Shown: positions 13,855 to 24,570, numbered from the whole stretch's first letter. The stretch: DNA of 62,623 nt, filler included, from Candidatus Aminicenantales bacterium (GCA_049515535.1; 8 parts of 8 records of this genome joined end to end with filler, not necessarily neighbours in it), one strand, 5' to 3'. Notes: generated from the letters alone by a model not told the origin. Translations and numbers: made by a program.

Positions 13855-14278
13855 TGATGATCTCCAATCCCATGTTTTTGGCGGTCCCTTCGATGATCTT
13901 CGCGGCCGCCTCAAGATCGTTCGCGTTGAGGTCCGGAAGCTTGAACTTGGCGATGTCCTCGATCTGCTTCCGCGTCACCTTTCCGACCTTGTCTTTATTC
14001 GGGGCCCCCGATCCCTTGGCGATGCCCGCCGCCTTTTTGAGAAGATAGGACGCCGGGGGCGTCTTGAGGACGAAATTGAACGATTTGTCCTTGAAGACCG
14101 TGATGATCACGGGGATGACCATGCCTTCTTCCAGTTTGCCCGTCTTTTCGTTGAACTCGCGGACGAACTGCATGATATTGACACCGTGCTGTCCCAGCGC
14201 CGGCCCCACCGGAGGAGCGGGACTTGCCTGTCCGGCCACGATCTGCAGCTTGATCCTTGCCACAACCTCTTTGGACAT
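13847..14278 (-). CDS. rplK: 50S ribosomal protein L11
   Basis: [27 protein letters not shown]. Confidence 0.98.
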   Translation of the reverse strand: MSKEVVARIKLQIVAGQASPAPPVGPALGQHGVNIMQFVREFNEKTGKLEEGMVIPVIITVFKDKSFNFVLKTPPASYLLKKAAGIAKGSGAPNKDKVGKVTRKQIEDIAKFKLPDLNANDLEAAAKIIEGTAKNMGLEIISG

Positions 14279-14287
14279 GAATGCCTC

Positions 14288-14824
14288 CTAAATTTTCTCG
14301 ACCTGTAAGAATTCCAGCTCCACGGGCGTCGATCGGCCGAAGATCGTGACCAGCACCTTCAGCGTGCTGCGTTCATGGTTGACGTCTTCGACGATGCCGT
14401 TGAAGTTGAAGAACGGCCCGTCGATGATGCGGACGGCTTCCCCTTTCTCGAAGGAGTGCTTCGGCTTGGGTTTCTCCGACGTCGTCTCCATGTGTTCGAC
14501 GATCTGGCTGACTTCGTCCTTGCTCAGCGGCGAAGGCTTTTTCCCCGAGCCGACGAACCCCGTCACCTTCGGTGTCTCGCGGATGATGAGCCAATTCTCG
14601 TCCGTCATTTCCATTTCGATCAGGATGTAGCCCGGGTAGGACCTCTTGGTCGAAACGACCTTCTTCCCCATTTTGATCTCGATGACGTCCTCGGTGGGGA
14701 TGATGATCTGGCCGATCTGGTCCTGGATGTTCATCTCGAGCGCGCGCTGATGGATGGATTCCGCCACGAACTTTTCAAATCCCGAATACGTATGAACGAC
14801 AAACCAATTTTTCGCCATGATCAT
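14288..14824 (-). CDS. nusG: Transcription termination/antitermination factor NusG
   Basis: [34 protein letters not shown]. Confidence 0.98.
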   Translation of the reverse strand: MIMAKNWFVVHTYSGFEKFVAESIHQRALEMNIQDQIGQIIIPTEDVIEIKMGKKVVSTKRSYPGYILIEMEMTDENWLIIRETPKVTGFVGSGKKPSPLSKDEVSQIVEHMETTSEKPKPKHSFEKGEAVRIIDGPFFNFNGIVEDVNHERSTLKVLVTIFGRSTPVELEFLQVEKI

Positions 14825-14830
14825 CCTTGT

Positions 14831-15040
14831 CTAAAAGACCGCCCGGATTTGGAGGATGGCCCAGGAGAAGAGGATGTCCATGAAGTACAGGAAGAATCCG
14901 AAGAAGACGGTGGCGATGATGACGACGAGCGTCGTGCTGTAAACCTCGTTGCGCGAAGGCCAGGTCACCTTCTTGAGTTCCGCGCGCGCCTCCCTGAGGA
15001 ACGTCCAGAAACGCTTGTACCATCGTTCTTTTTCGCTCAT
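14831..15040 (-). CDS. secE: Preprotein translocase subunit SecE
   Basis: ELKKVTWPSRNE plus one TM helix; ATG at 15040. Confidence 0.93.
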   Translation of the reverse strand: MSEKERWYKRFWTFLREARAELKKVTWPSRNEVYSTTLVVIIATVFFGFFLYFMDILFSWAILQIRAVF

Positions 15041-15109
15041 GGTTTCCTTATCCTTCCGACCGAAATTGGCAATCTCTTCGGAGCGATCCTTTATGTTGTT
15101 TTCATCGGG

Positions 15110-15183
<74 letters not shown>

Positions 15184-15211
15184 GTCTCGTCAGATCCTTT
15201 CTCCAAATCCC

Positions 15212-15361
15212 TTACTTGACTTCCTTGTGAAGCGTGTGCTTCCGGCAGAACGGGCAGAACTTCTTGATTTCCAGCCGTTCGGTCTGTTTTTTCTTGTTCC
15301 GCGTGTTGGAGTAGTTTCTCCGCTTGCACGCCGAACAGCTTAACGTGATGATGTCTCTCAT
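15212..15361 (-). CDS. rpmG: 50S ribosomal protein L33 (Zn-binding C+ form)
   Basis: Manual translation MRDIITLSCSACKRRNYSNTRNKKKQTERLEIKKFCPFCRKHTLHKEVK*; too short for the ORF track. Confidence 0.95.
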   Translation of the reverse strand: MRDIITLSCSACKRRNYSNTRNKKKQTERLEIKKFCPFCRKHTLHKEVK

Positions 15362-15444
15362 TCGCGTCTCTTTCTATCGGGCCCGCCGGCAGCAGGTACG
15401 GAGCGAACAGCCGCTCGACCCGCCATCCGCGGACCCTCAATGGT

Positions 15445-15542
15445 CTACTCGATGATGTCCGTGACGGTGCCGGCGCCGACCGTTCGTCCGCCCTCCCGGA
15501 TCGCGAACCGCAGCCCCTTCTCCATCGCCACGTCCGTGATCA
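15445..15542 (-). CDS. tuf: Elongation factor Tu, 3' end of second copy
   Basis: ...[31 protein letters not shown]. Confidence 0.95.
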
Positions 15543-15642
15543 NNNNNNNNNNNNNNNNNNNNNNNNNNNNNNNNNNNNNNNNNNNNTTAATTAATTAANN
15601 NNNNNNNNNNNNNNNNNNNNNNNNNNNNNNNNNNNNNNNNNN
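15543..15642. other. Artificial contig linker (also at 29880-29979, 44175-44274, 52757-52856, 57805-57904, 59900-59999, 61458-61557)
   Basis: N44-TTAATTAATTAA-N44 with stops in all six frames, identical seven times. Confidence 0.99.
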
Positions 15643-15777
15643 GAGCCGCCCCCTTGGTCGCAGGGCGGGGTTTCATGCCCCGCCCGAGAAAGGGAGGCAG
15701 GGCGACCGGGTCTTCCCGGTGCCCGTTGGAAGGGGGAAACGCGAAGCGGGTTCCCCCTCCAAATTGACTATGGTCAT
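15643..15777. repeat. Structured palindromic repeat family A, copy 1 (right part)
   Basis: 15643-15734 identical to 29788-29879; nested hairpins. Confidence 0.85.
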
Positions 15778-15879
15778 CGACGGCGGCCGGGGCCCCGGGC
15801 TTTACCCGGGGGTCCACTTCCGCCGCGAAGGCTCGTCCCTTGACAAACTGAACATATTTGGGAGGAGGCATTGAGATCG

Positions 15880-16878
15880 ATGAAAAAAAGGATGCTGAGA
15901 AAATGGTCGGCCGCGGGACTGTTCGTGACAACTTTCTTCTTCGGCGCGGACGTTCTCCGGGGCAAAGATCAAACGGCACCTCCGGCCGTGACGTCAAGCC
16001 AGGCGCTCAAACTGAGCGGTTATGGGCAGTTTCTTTATACGGCTCAAGATCCGGGGATCGACGGCTTTTCGCTCCACCGAATGCGTTTATCGCTCGATGG
16101 CGAGGTCATGAAGAACATCCAATATAAACTGCAGGTAGATGCCGTCAAAAACCCTATCCTCCTCGATGCCCAGATTGAATTCGTTTTTCATGAGGCCGCC
16201 GCGCTGCGCGTCGGGCAGTTCAAGGTGCCGTTCAGTCAGGAAAACCTGGCCTCCGACGCCGACATCTATACGATCAACCGTTCTCAGCCCGTGCTCAAGC
16301 TGGCGCCGGGGCAGGACATCGGGAGTTCGGGGCGGGACGTCGGCGCCATGCTCTATGGAAAAACGTCTTTTCTCGAATATGCCGTCGGCGTTTTCAACGG
16401 CGCGGGAATCAATAAGGCCGATACGAACGAAGACAAAGACTGGGCCGGCCGGCTCATCGTTCATCCCGCCTCGTTCCTGACGCTGGCCGCCTCTTTTTAT
16501 AACGGGAGATACAGCCCGACGCAGACTGATCCGCCCGTGAAGAGGGATCGCGCCGGGCTCGATTTGGCCTTTCTTTACGGCGCTTTTTCGCTGAGGGGCG
16601 AATTCATCCAGGCATCCGACGGCGATATCCTGAAAAACGGCTGGTATCTGCAGGCCGGCTATTTTTTCCTGCCGAAGAAATTGCAGGGAGTCTTCAAGGT
16701 CGACGCTTACGATAAGGACACGAGCACAAGCCTGGACCGGACCAACCAATGGACCGTGGGGCTGAACTGGCTTCTGGCCGAAAAGATCAAGCTCCAGATC
16801 AATTATGAGCTTTATAAGGACGAATCCGGGAACACGATCAACAAGGCTTTTCTGGTCCAATTCCAAGCGGGATTTTAA
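15880..16878 (+). CDS. Phosphate-selective porin (OprO/OprP-like)
   Basis: Signal-peptide-like N-terminus, LRVGQFKVPFSQE, GRDVG, C-terminal Phe; directly upstream of pstS. Alternative TTG start at 15871. Confidence 0.8.
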   Translation: MKKRMLRKWSAAGLFVTTFFFGADVLRGKDQTAPPAVTSSQALKLSGYGQFLYTAQDPGIDGFSLHRMRLSLDGEVMKNIQYKLQVDAVKNPILLDAQIEFVFHEAAALRVGQFKVPFSQENLASDADIYTINRSQPVLKLAPGQDIGSSGRDVGAMLYGKTSFLEYAVGVFNGAGINKADTNEDKDWAGRLIVHPASFLTLAASFYNGRYSPTQTDPPVKRDRAGLDLAFLYGAFSLRGEFIQASDGDILKNGWYLQAGYFFLPKKLQGVFKVDAYDKDTSTSLDRTNQWTVGLNWLLAEKIKLQINYELYKDESGNTINKAFLVQFQAGF

Positions 16879-16891
16879 GAAGAGGAAACCT

Positions 16892-17842
16892 ATGATAAAA
16901 AAAATCGCGAGCGGAATGATCTCGGGGTTTTTTATCTTATCGCTTTTTTCTTTCGGTCGAGCGCCCCAAAAGCCTCTTGATGGGACGATCAGTATTTCCG
17001 GCGCCTGGGCTTTGTATCCCATGGTCCTCAAGTGGGCCGAGGAATTCAAGAAGCTCCGCCCGGGGATCAAGATCGACATCCAGGCCGGCGGCGCTGGCAA
17101 AGGCATGGCCGACGTTTTGGCCGGCATGGCCGATCTCGGCATGGTCTCCCGAGACGTCAATCCCGAGGAACTGAAGAGAGGCGCCTTTCCCATAGCCGTG
17201 ACGAGAGACGCCGTCGTGGCGACGGCGAGCGAGAAGAATCCCCTAGCGCCTGAAATCCGGGCGAAGGGAATCACCCGGCAGCAGTTCATCGAGATCTGGA
17301 TCACGGGGAAGATTACGTCTTGGGGTCAGGTCATCGGGAGACAAGACAAGCTCAACGTCCATATCTATACGCGGTCGGACGCCTGCGGGGCGGCCGACAC
17401 TTGGGCGGCTTTTCTCGGGAAAAAGCAGGAAGACCTGGGAGGGATCGGCGTCTACGGCGATCCCGGCCTGGCCGACGCGGTCGCCCGCGACCCGCTGGGA
17501 ATCGGCTACAACAACGTCAATTTCGCTTATGACGCCAAGACGCTGAAGCCGGTGGCGGGGATCGTGATCATCCCGATCGACATCGACGGCAACGGAAAGA
17601 TCGAGGGTCCCGAGAATTGCTATGCGACGCGGGACGACATCACGGGAGCCATCGCCAAGAATATTTATCCCTCGCCGCCGGCCCGTGATCTCTATCTTGT
17701 GGCCAAGGGAAAGCCGGCCAACACATTCGCGGTCGAGTTCATGCGCTGGATCCTGACCGAGGGACAGAAATTCGTCCCCGAGACGGGCTATATTCGTCTC
17801 AGCGCCGAGAAACTGAAAGAGGGATTGGAGAAAATCAAATAG
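16892..17842 (+). CDS. pstS: Phosphate ABC transporter substrate-binding protein
   Basis: ISISGAWALYP, AGGAGKG, DLGMVSR; precedes pstCAB. Confidence 0.88.
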   Translation: MIKKIASGMISGFFILSLFSFGRAPQKPLDGTISISGAWALYPMVLKWAEEFKKLRPGIKIDIQAGGAGKGMADVLAGMADLGMVSRDVNPEELKRGAFPIAVTRDAVVATASEKNPLAPEIRAKGITRQQFIEIWITGKITSWGQVIGRQDKLNVHIYTRSDACGAADTWAAFLGKKQEDLGGIGVYGDPGLADAVARDPLGIGYNNVNFAYDAKTLKPVAGIVIIPIDIDGNGKIEGPENCYATRDDITGAIAKNIYPSPPARDLYLVAKGKPANTFAVEFMRWILTEGQKFVPETGYIRLSAEKLKEGLEKIK

Positions 17843-17843
17843 C

Positions 17844-18734
17844 ATGATCGCCAGACGGTGGAAAGACGCGATCGCCCGGAGGGGGATGTTGCTCATGACG
17901 GGCCTCCCGGGGCTTCTCGTCGTTCTCATGCTTCTCGGGCTCCTGCGGAAATCACGGGCCATTCTCGCCCTGAAATCCTTTGCCGGCCTTCTCCTCGGTT
18001 CGGGCTGGCATCCGCTCAAGGGGGAATTCGGGTTTCTCCCGTTCATCATGGGGACGCTCTGGGTGACGCTCGTCGCGATGGTCCTCGCGGTGCCCGTTTC
18101 GCTTTTGACGGCCGTCTATCTTTCCGAATACGCCCCGAAATTCGTCCGCGAATTCACCAAGCCGGTCGTGGACCTGCTCGCGGGCATCCCTTCGGTCGTG
18201 TTCGGCGTCTGGGGCGTGCTCATGGTCGTCCCGTTCGTCGGGAAAGGGCTCGCGCCGCTGTTCGGCGTCTATTCGTCGGGCTACAGCGTGCTGGCCGGCG
18301 GGATCGTGCTGGCCATCATGATCTTCCCGACGATCATCCATGTCGCCCTCGAAGTCTTTTCTTCGGTCTCGCATGAGCTCCGCGAAACGTCGCTGTCGCT
18401 CGGCGCCACCCGCTGGGAGACCGTCAAGCACGTTGTCCTGAGAAAAGGGATCCAGGGGATCATCGCGGCAGTGGTCCTCGGGCTGTCGCGCGCGTTCGGA
18501 GAGACGATGGCGGTCCTCATGGTCGTCGGCAACGTCGTCCGGCTCCCGAAGTCCGTCTTCGATCCCGCGTATCCGCTGCCCGCCCTCATCGCCAACAATT
18601 ACGGCGAGATGATGTCCGTGCCGCTCTACGATTCCGCGCTGATGTTCGCCGCGCTCCTGCTGCTCGTCGTCGTCCTGGTGTTCAATATTGGGGCCCGGAT
18701 CGTCCTCGTCAGGATCGAACGAAAGGTCGAATGA
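17844..18734 (+). CDS. pstC: Phosphate ABC transporter permease
   Basis: LLAGIPSVVFG, LGATRWE, SRAFGETMAV. Confidence 0.93.
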   Translation: MIARRWKDAIARRGMLLMTGLPGLLVVLMLLGLLRKSRAILALKSFAGLLLGSGWHPLKGEFGFLPFIMGTLWVTLVAMVLAVPVSLLTAVYLSEYAPKFVREFTKPVVDLLAGIPSVVFGVWGVLMVVPFVGKGLAPLFGVYSSGYSVLAGGIVLAIMIFPTIIHVALEVFSSVSHELRETSLSLGATRWETVKHVVLRKGIQGIIAAVVLGLSRAFGETMAVLMVVGNVVRLPKSVFDPAYPLPALIANNYGEMMSVPLYDSALMFAALLLLVVVLVFNIGARIVLVRIERKVE

Positions 18735-19591
18735 TGGCCTATCGAAGACGGCATATCGAAGAGCGGATTTTCAAGTTCTTGATGATGGTCTCGACCGGCA
18801 TCGTCGCCGGGAGCCTCCTCGTCATCGTCGGAACGATCGTGGTTAAAAGCCTCCCGGCGCTGCGCCCGGCCATGCTCTTCCAGACGCCGAAAGGCGGCTA
18901 CTATCTCGGGAAAGAGGGGGGAATCCTCAACGCGATCGTCGGGTCACTCTATCTCGCGACGGGAGCGACGCTGCTGGCCGTCGTTTTGGGCCTCCCGATC
19001 GTGCTCTATCTCAATCTTTACCTGAAAAGGTCGTCGGCCTTCGCCGCGATCACGCGTTTTTCACTGGACGTGCTCTGGGGCGTCCCCTCGATCGTCTACG
19101 GCGCGTTCGGCTTCATCGTCATGATGGCTCTCGGGTTGCGGGCATCGCTGCTGGCCGGTATATTGACCGTGGGACTGCTCGAGCTCCCGATCATGACCCG
19201 GGCCATGGACGAAGTCATCCGGCTCGTCCCCCAGGCCTTGAAGGACGCGTCCTATTCGCTCGGGGCGACGAAGCTCGAGACCGCGCTGAAGATCGTCGTG
19301 AAACAAACGCTGCCCGGAATCCTCACGGCCGTCCTGATCGCTTTCGGGCGGGGGATCGGCGACGCGGCTTCGGTCCTCTTCACGGCCGGCTTCACGGACA
19401 GCGTCCCGACCTCCCTGTCCCAGCCCGCGGCCACGCTTCCGCTGGCGATTTTTTTCCAGCTCGGCACGCCGTTCCCCGAAGTCCGGCAGAGGGCCTACGC
19501 GTCGGCCGCGGTCTTGACGCTCATCATTCTCGCGATCAGTCTGTTCTCGCGCATCGTCTTTCGAAAACTGACAAAACATACGATAAAATAG
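18731..19591 (+). CDS. pstA: Phosphate ABC transporter permease
   Basis: GGILNAIVGS, GVPSIVYG, ASYSLGATK. Confidence 0.92.
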   Translation: MMAYRRRHIEERIFKFLMMVSTGIVAGSLLVIVGTIVVKSLPALRPAMLFQTPKGGYYLGKEGGILNAIVGSLYLATGATLLAVVLGLPIVLYLNLYLKRSSAFAAITRFSLDVLWGVPSIVYGAFGFIVMMALGLRASLLAGILTVGLLELPIMTRAMDEVIRLVPQALKDASYSLGATKLETALKIVVKQTLPGILTAVLIAFGRGIGDAASVLFTAGFTDSVPTSLSQPAATLPLAIFFQLGTPFPEVRQRAYASAAVLTLIILAISLFSRIVFRKLTKHTIK

Positions 19592-19600
19592 GCAGGAACC

Positions 19601-20362
19601 ATGGACAACCCATCGCATCTCCGTATCCGGAATTTGAGCGTGTCCTTCGGCGACCAGGCCGTGCTGAAAAACGTCTCGCTCGACGTTCCGGACAAGAAGA
19701 TCACCGTTATTATCGGGCCATCCGGCTGCGGAAAGACGACCCTCCTCAAAGCGCTGAACAGGCTCCTGGATTCCGTGGACGGCGTCGGAATCGAAGGCCA
19801 TATTTTCGTGGATGACGAGGACATTTACGATCCCCGGGTCGAGGTGACGCGCGTCCGGAAAAAAATGGGTCTGCTCTCCCAGAAACCGCAAGTCCTGCCG
19901 ATGTCCATCTTCGACAATGTCGCCTACGGCCCCCGGATCCACGGCACGCGCGACAAGAAAAAGCTCGGCTGGATCGTGGAACATTATCTGAAAGCGGCCG
20001 GGCTCTGGGACGAGGTGAAGACCCGGCTTCACGAACCGGCGTCGAGGCTGTCCGTCGGACAGCAGCAAAGGCTTTGCCTGGCCCGGGGCCTCGCCGTCGA
20101 ACCCGAGATCATCCTGGGCGACGAGCCCACCTCGGCCCTCGATCCCCTTTCGAGCCGGATCGTCGAACGCCGGCTCATCGAGCTGAAATCCGAGTACACC
20201 GTGATCGTCGTCACGCACATTTTGCGCCAGGCGCGCCGGATCGCGGACTATCTGGCTTTTCTCTATCTCGGTGAGATGGTCGAACACGGTCCGGCGGAAG
20301 AAATCTTCGCCGGTCCAAAAGACCCGCGCACCCGCGCCTATTTGACGGGGGAAATCAGCTAA
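19601..20362 (+). CDS. pstB: Phosphate ABC transporter ATPase
   Basis: GPSGCGKT, LSVGQQQRLC, DEPTSALDP, YTVIVVTH. Confidence 0.94.
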   Translation: MDNPSHLRIRNLSVSFGDQAVLKNVSLDVPDKKITVIIGPSGCGKTTLLKALNRLLDSVDGVGIEGHIFVDDEDIYDPRVEVTRVRKKMGLLSQKPQVLPMSIFDNVAYGPRIHGTRDKKKLGWIVEHYLKAAGLWDEVKTRLHEPASRLSVGQQQRLCLARGLAVEPEIILGDEPTSALDPLSSRIVERRLIELKSEYTVIVVTHILRQARRIADYLAFLYLGEMVEHGPAEEIFAGPKDPRTRAYLTGEIS

Positions 20363-20433
20363 ACCCCCGGCCTTTTTCTTTTCCCCCCATGCGGCGAGGC
20401 GTTCGCCCCGAGAGACCCAGCGTGATCTTCTTC

Positions 20434-23307
20434 TCAGGCCTCTTTGAGGAATTCGTAGAAGTTGATCTCGTTCGCGTCGAGCCCGTACTTGTAAACATAA
20501 GCGCCCGCGAGCCGCGAGGCGAACAAGGCTTTCAAGTAAGCTTCGGGCACGCGCTTGAGAATCTTGTCCACGCCCACCTTTTCGACGAGGGCCGGCGGGA
20601 CGCCTTTGGCGATGACCTTCCGGACGAGCGTTTTGTTGGCGAACAGTTCGGACGCGGCGACGGCGTCCTTGATCCGGTTGATCTTTTCGCTGATGACGTC
20701 CGTCAGGATCGCCCGCGGGATCCCCTTGGCCTTGTTTTCCTTCCAGATGATCTCGAATTCCTTGTCGGCGTTTTCCTTGACGAATTCGATGATCTCTTCG
20801 ATATACCGCCGGCGGAGCTCGCCGACGACGCCGTCCTTGACGCACATGAGCTCGTCGAATTCCTGGTCCGTCAGCGCCAGGCTGGCCAGGACTTCGAGCG
20901 ACGAAGACGTGACTCCGCCCTTGTTGGCCGAGGCGTCCTTGTAAAGGACGACGCCCTTTTCTTCGAGCCGGAGACGAGCCTGTTGGGTGATGAACAGGTT
21001 CGCGCCCTCGACGATGATCTTGAACCGCGGATCGCCGTTTTCGTTCACGTACGTCGTCCAGTTGTTGATGTTGATCGAAGAAGGGCGACCGCCGCAGGGG
21101 ACGAAAACATCGGCCTTAAACAGCGGATGGAGATGGAACGAGTTGCGGAACTCGAGGCCGTTTCCGACCTTCTCGCCGTGGGGCAGCGCGACGTCATGGT
21201 CTTTGATGTTGACCAGGAAGCCGCTCGTCGAAAGCTTGTCCTTCGGAAAGGACTCGATCATCTTGCGCGTTTTGGCCAGCTTGGCGAGCTCCTTACGGTT
21301 GAGGCCCTCGGGATCGTAGAGCACGCCCGAGCCGTCGACGATGGCCAGGATCTTGTCTTTGGAGATGAGGATCTCGTTCGACCCGAGGTCGCCGTCCGGG
21401 CCTCCGGTCATGACCTTGGTGATGGCCTCTTCCTTGAGCCCGAGCTTGGCCAGTGCGCCCACGACGTATTGGTGCGTGGAGTTCGTCGTCATGCCGTACA
21501 GGTCGTGCGGGATGCCGCCCATGGCGACCGGTTTGCCGGTCGAGAAGGATTTCCAGAACGGATAGCGCCGCTTCTTGGCGCGCAGAGCCGCCCATTCCAT
21601 GAGGTCCGCGGTCCACTCGTCAGGGCCGAGAAAGAGGATGACCGGCTTCCCGTAGCCGTCAAGGACCGCGTCGCTGGGGAGGATCACGTCGAGCAGGCCG
21701 TCCACGTATTTCTTGAAGCAGGCGGCGCCTTTGTCCATATATCCCCAATTGAGGAGGATCGTGCCTTTGGAGCCGCCGTCGGGCAGGTCCTTATTTTTGC
21801 GCTGCTGGGTCCAGGCGAGGTTATAGTTCTCGTCGAAAATGAAGTCGGAGTTGGAGAGATACGTCTGGAGGTTCGGCGACTTGACGATGCGGATGCCGCC
21901 CCGGGCGATGTCGCGGAACCGGATGTGGAACCCCCGGAAATCCGAGCCGACGACGTGGATGATGCCGAAGGGCGTCTCCGGATAGTCGACTTTGTTCAGG
22001 AACTTCGGATCGTATATGTAGGCCAGCGATGTCTTCTCCCTGAGATAGAAGTTCGTCCGCTGCGTCGTTTCGATGAAAAGGCAGACCGCCAGAAAAATGT
22101 TCCGGTCGATGTCGGTGGGGATATTCCGCAGGATGTCCCGCTTGAGTTCGGCCATCTCGGCCTCGACGTGATGGCCCTTCTTGGCTGGGTTCAGCTTTTT
22201 ATCGAACAGGGAAAAAGCTTTCTTAAGGAAGGGATAATTGTCAACCAGGGCCTCCCAGACGCGGGATTCCTGATAGGTGTCTTTGACCAACTTGGTTTTC
22301 ATGTTGCGCAGGATGCCGAGGAGCTCGGGCGAGTCCTTCAAGGCCGTCGACATCTTGAGATATTCCTCGTTATAACCGCTCAGGAACTGATGGGCGAAGC
22401 TCCAGGCGGAAACGCCGAACACCGTTTCCTGCGCCGTCATAAGGCCTTCGCGGAAAAGCTTCGAGAGGCGGCTTTCCGGGATGGCGTAGACCAGGCTGAT
22501 GTCCTCGACGAGCTCTCCGACGATCCGCTCATCGGCGATATTGTCCAGGTAGACCGATATGACGGTCTTGCCGTTGGCGAGCCGTTCGATGTATTTGCGG
22601 TTGGAGACGAGGCCATGGGAGTTGAGCACGTCCGAGATGTTCGAAAAAAAGAGGCGGCTGGAGTCGGCGTTGACCACGATTATGAGCCGCAGCTCTTTGG
22701 TCTTGTGGTCGTGCGAAATGTCGATCAGCGGGCTTTCCCAATCCGTGTGATCTTTGACGAGCTTCTGGAAGTGCTGGAGCGTCTCCTCCGGGACCTGGGC
22801 CAGAAACATCTTGTCCGCGATTTTGTGAATGTCGGTTTCGCCGGGCATGACGGGCTCGGCCGCGAACCTGGGCTTGTAAACCAGATACATCCGCAGATAT
22901 TCGAGCCCGGCGGCCTTGCGGGACGTCCGGTAGCACTGGAGCCTGTCATTTGGGTATTTTTCCTCGATCCGCCGTTCGATCTCGAGGGCCCGGAAATGGT
23001 TGTCGTCCACGAGATAAATGGCCTCGTTCTCGAGCTCCGTCTCGAAATCGATCTTGACGATCTTTTCTTGCTTGACGGTCGCCAGGATCTCGGCGGCCAT
23101 AAGGGCCTCGATGTGCTTGGCGATCGTTTCCACGGGGGTCGTTTTAAAATAGAAGGCGTTCATCACCATACCGGCGCAGAACCAGCTCAGCTCCTCGCGA
23201 ACCGCCGTCTGGGTGTAACGTCCGTGGCCGAGAATGAGTTCCTCGATCTTACGGATCTGGGCTTCGTTCAAGACCGACTTGCAGGATATTTCTTGAAGAG
23301 TTTTCAT
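20434..23307 (-). CDS. Large NAD-specific glutamate dehydrogenase (fungal/protist Gdh2-like, 957 aa)
   Basis: GFHIRFRDIARGGIRIV, TQQRKNKDLPDGGSKG, GPDE, GGIPHD.YGMTT, TGGPDGDLGSNEI, IVEGANLF, KDASANKGGV. Confidence 0.9.
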   Translation of the reverse strand: MKTLQEISCKSVLNEAQIRKIEELILGHGRYTQTAVREELSWFCAGMVMNAFYFKTTPVETIAKHIEALMAAEILATVKQEKIVKIDFETELENEAIYLVDDNHFRALEIERRIEEKYPNDRLQCYRTSRKAAGLEYLRMYLVYKPRFAAEPVMPGETDIHKIADKMFLAQVPEETLQHFQKLVKDHTDWESPLIDISHDHKTKELRLIIVVNADSSRLFFSNISDVLNSHGLVSNRKYIERLANGKTVISVYLDNIADERIVGELVEDISLVYAIPESRLSKLFREGLMTAQETVFGVSAWSFAHQFLSGYNEEYLKMSTALKDSPELLGILRNMKTKLVKDTYQESRVWEALVDNYPFLKKAFSLFDKKLNPAKKGHHVEAEMAELKRDILRNIPTDIDRNIFLAVCLFIETTQRTNFYLREKTSLAYIYDPKFLNKVDYPETPFGIIHVVGSDFRGFHIRFRDIARGGIRIVKSPNLQTYLSNSDFIFDENYNLAWTQQRKNKDLPDGGSKGTILLNWGYMDKGAACFKKYVDGLLDVILPSDAVLDGYGKPVILFLGPDEWTADLMEWAALRAKKRRYPFWKSFSTGKPVAMGGIPHDLYGMTTNSTHQYVVGALAKLGLKEEAITKVMTGGPDGDLGSNEILISKDKILAIVDGSGVLYDPEGLNRKELAKLAKTRKMIESFPKDKLSTSGFLVNIKDHDVALPHGEKVGNGLEFRNSFHLHPLFKADVFVPCGGRPSSININNWTTYVNENGDPRFKIIVEGANLFITQQARLRLEEKGVVLYKDASANKGGVTSSSLEVLASLALTDQEFDELMCVKDGVVGELRRRYIEEIIEFVKENADKEFEIIWKENKAKGIPRAILTDVISEKINRIKDAVAASELFANKTLVRKVIAKGVPPALVEKVGVDKILKRVPEAYLKALFASRLAGAYVYKYGLDANEINFYEFLKEA

Positions 23308-23434
23308 TCGCGGCTCCTTCGGATATCTTGGGAAAAGAAACGATGGGTCATTATATCAGATATCAGAAAAAAGCGCTTCCGAGAACGGGCCGTCATGCTC
23401 CGCGTCCTTCTTTTGATGGGGGGCGAGGGGAGGC

Positions 23435-23806
23435 CTAGGACGAGATCGGGCTTTCGGGCTCGTCGATATTGAGCTCGATCCTTTCGAGGATAAGATCCGC
23501 GCCCTGGAGAATTTCGAGGTCCTTGGATCCGCAAGCCGCGCAGATGATGTCGAAGTCCTCCTTGCGAACTTCGGCTCCGCAGGCGCGGCAGCGCGTTTTC
23601 AGAGGGACCTCTTCGATTTCGAGCCTGGCATTTTCGGCGATCGTTCCTTTTTTATAGGCGTCGAACGCCGATTCGAGGAGGTCGGGGACCACACCCGACA
23701 GCTTGCCCACGATCAGCCTGACCAACGTGATTTCGCGGGCCTTGTGCGTCCGGGCTTTCTCTTGGAGCGTATCGAAAAGCCCGGCGATGATCGAAAGCTC
23801 ATGCAT
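23435..23806 (-). CDS. hypA: Hydrogenase nickel metallochaperone HypA
   Basis: MHELSI, CRAC...CAAC. Confidence 0.93.
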   Translation of the reverse strand: MHELSIIAGLFDTLQEKARTHKAREITLVRLIVGKLSGVVPDLLESAFDAYKKGTIAENARLEIEEVPLKTRCRACGAEVRKEDFDIICAACGSKDLEILQGADLILERIELNIDEPESPISS

Positions 23807-24470
23807 GGCGGTCCTTGAGTTCCTGCCGGGCTGAGCGGAAATATCCGATCAAGTCGTCCACGCCCAGCCCCGTGACGGCCGACGTGACGAAAATCTTGAG
23901 CCGCGGGTTGAGCCCGAGGGCTTCCTTTTTGACCTTTTCGATATCGAACGGCAGATAGGGGAGGAGATCGACCTTTGTCAGGACCAGGCAGTCCGACGTG
24001 GTGAAGGCCTTGGGGTATTTTTTCGGCTTGTCGTCCCCCTCGGGCGTCGAGAGCAGGACGCAGCGAAGGTGCTCGCCCAGTTCGTAGCTCGCGGGGCAGA
24101 CGAGGTTGCCCACGTTCTCGATGAACAGGAAATCGATGCCGGCGTCCACGCTGGGCAGGACCTTCCCGATCATTTTCGCCTCGAGATGGCAGGCTCCGCC
24201 CGTCGTGATCTGCCAGGCCGGCACGCCGATGGCCCGGATGCGCTCGGCGTCCCGTTCGGTCTCGATGTCTCCTTCGATGACCGCGATTTTCGCGGTCGCT
24301 TGAAGCCGTTCGGCGATGCGTTCGAGGAGGGACGTCTTCCCGGCGCCCGGCGAGCTCATGAAATTCACGGCGAGAATGCCGCGTTCCCCGAGCTCGCCGC
24401 GGATCGTGGCGGCGATCTTTTTGTTCGTGCCGAGGAGATCCTGAAGGACGATCAGTTCCTTTTTTTTCAT
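23799..24470 (-). CDS. hypB: Hydrogenase nickel incorporation GTPase HypB
   Basis: SSPGAGKT, ACHLEA, ENVGNLVCPA, EGDDKP; no His-rich N-terminus. Confidence 0.95.
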   Translation of the reverse strand: MKKKELIVLQDLLGTNKKIAATIRGELGERGILAVNFMSSPGAGKTSLLERIAERLQATAKIAVIEGDIETERDAERIRAIGVPAWQITTGGACHLEAKMIGKVLPSVDAGIDFLFIENVGNLVCPASYELGEHLRCVLLSTPEGDDKPKKYPKAFTTSDCLVLTKVDLLPYLPFDIEKVKKEALGLNPRLKIFVTSAVTGLGVDDLIGYFRSARQELKDRHA

Positions 24471-24570
24471 GCTCAGTCCTTATTGCGTCGCGCCTGAGGG
24501 CGGGAACCAGCGCCGGCCCCGGCGCCGCCCGTTTCCTCTCTTCCGGAACGATAGGAAGATCATTTTTTTA

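Noticed and set aside
15543..15642. Recurring TTAATTAATTAA palindrome flanked by N runs (7 times)
   Set aside because: Artificial six-frame-stop contig linker. ORFs running into it and gene adjacency across it are not biological.
15836..15862. Possible Pho box upstream of porin-pstS
   Set aside because: TTGACA...GAACA half-sites lack the 11-bp periodicity of a Pho box. Not supportable.
20389..23472. 1027-aa plus-strand ORF antisense to the GDH
   Set aside because: Shadow ORF from GC-rich codon bias. It has no recognisable motifs, while the minus strand is a clear GDH.
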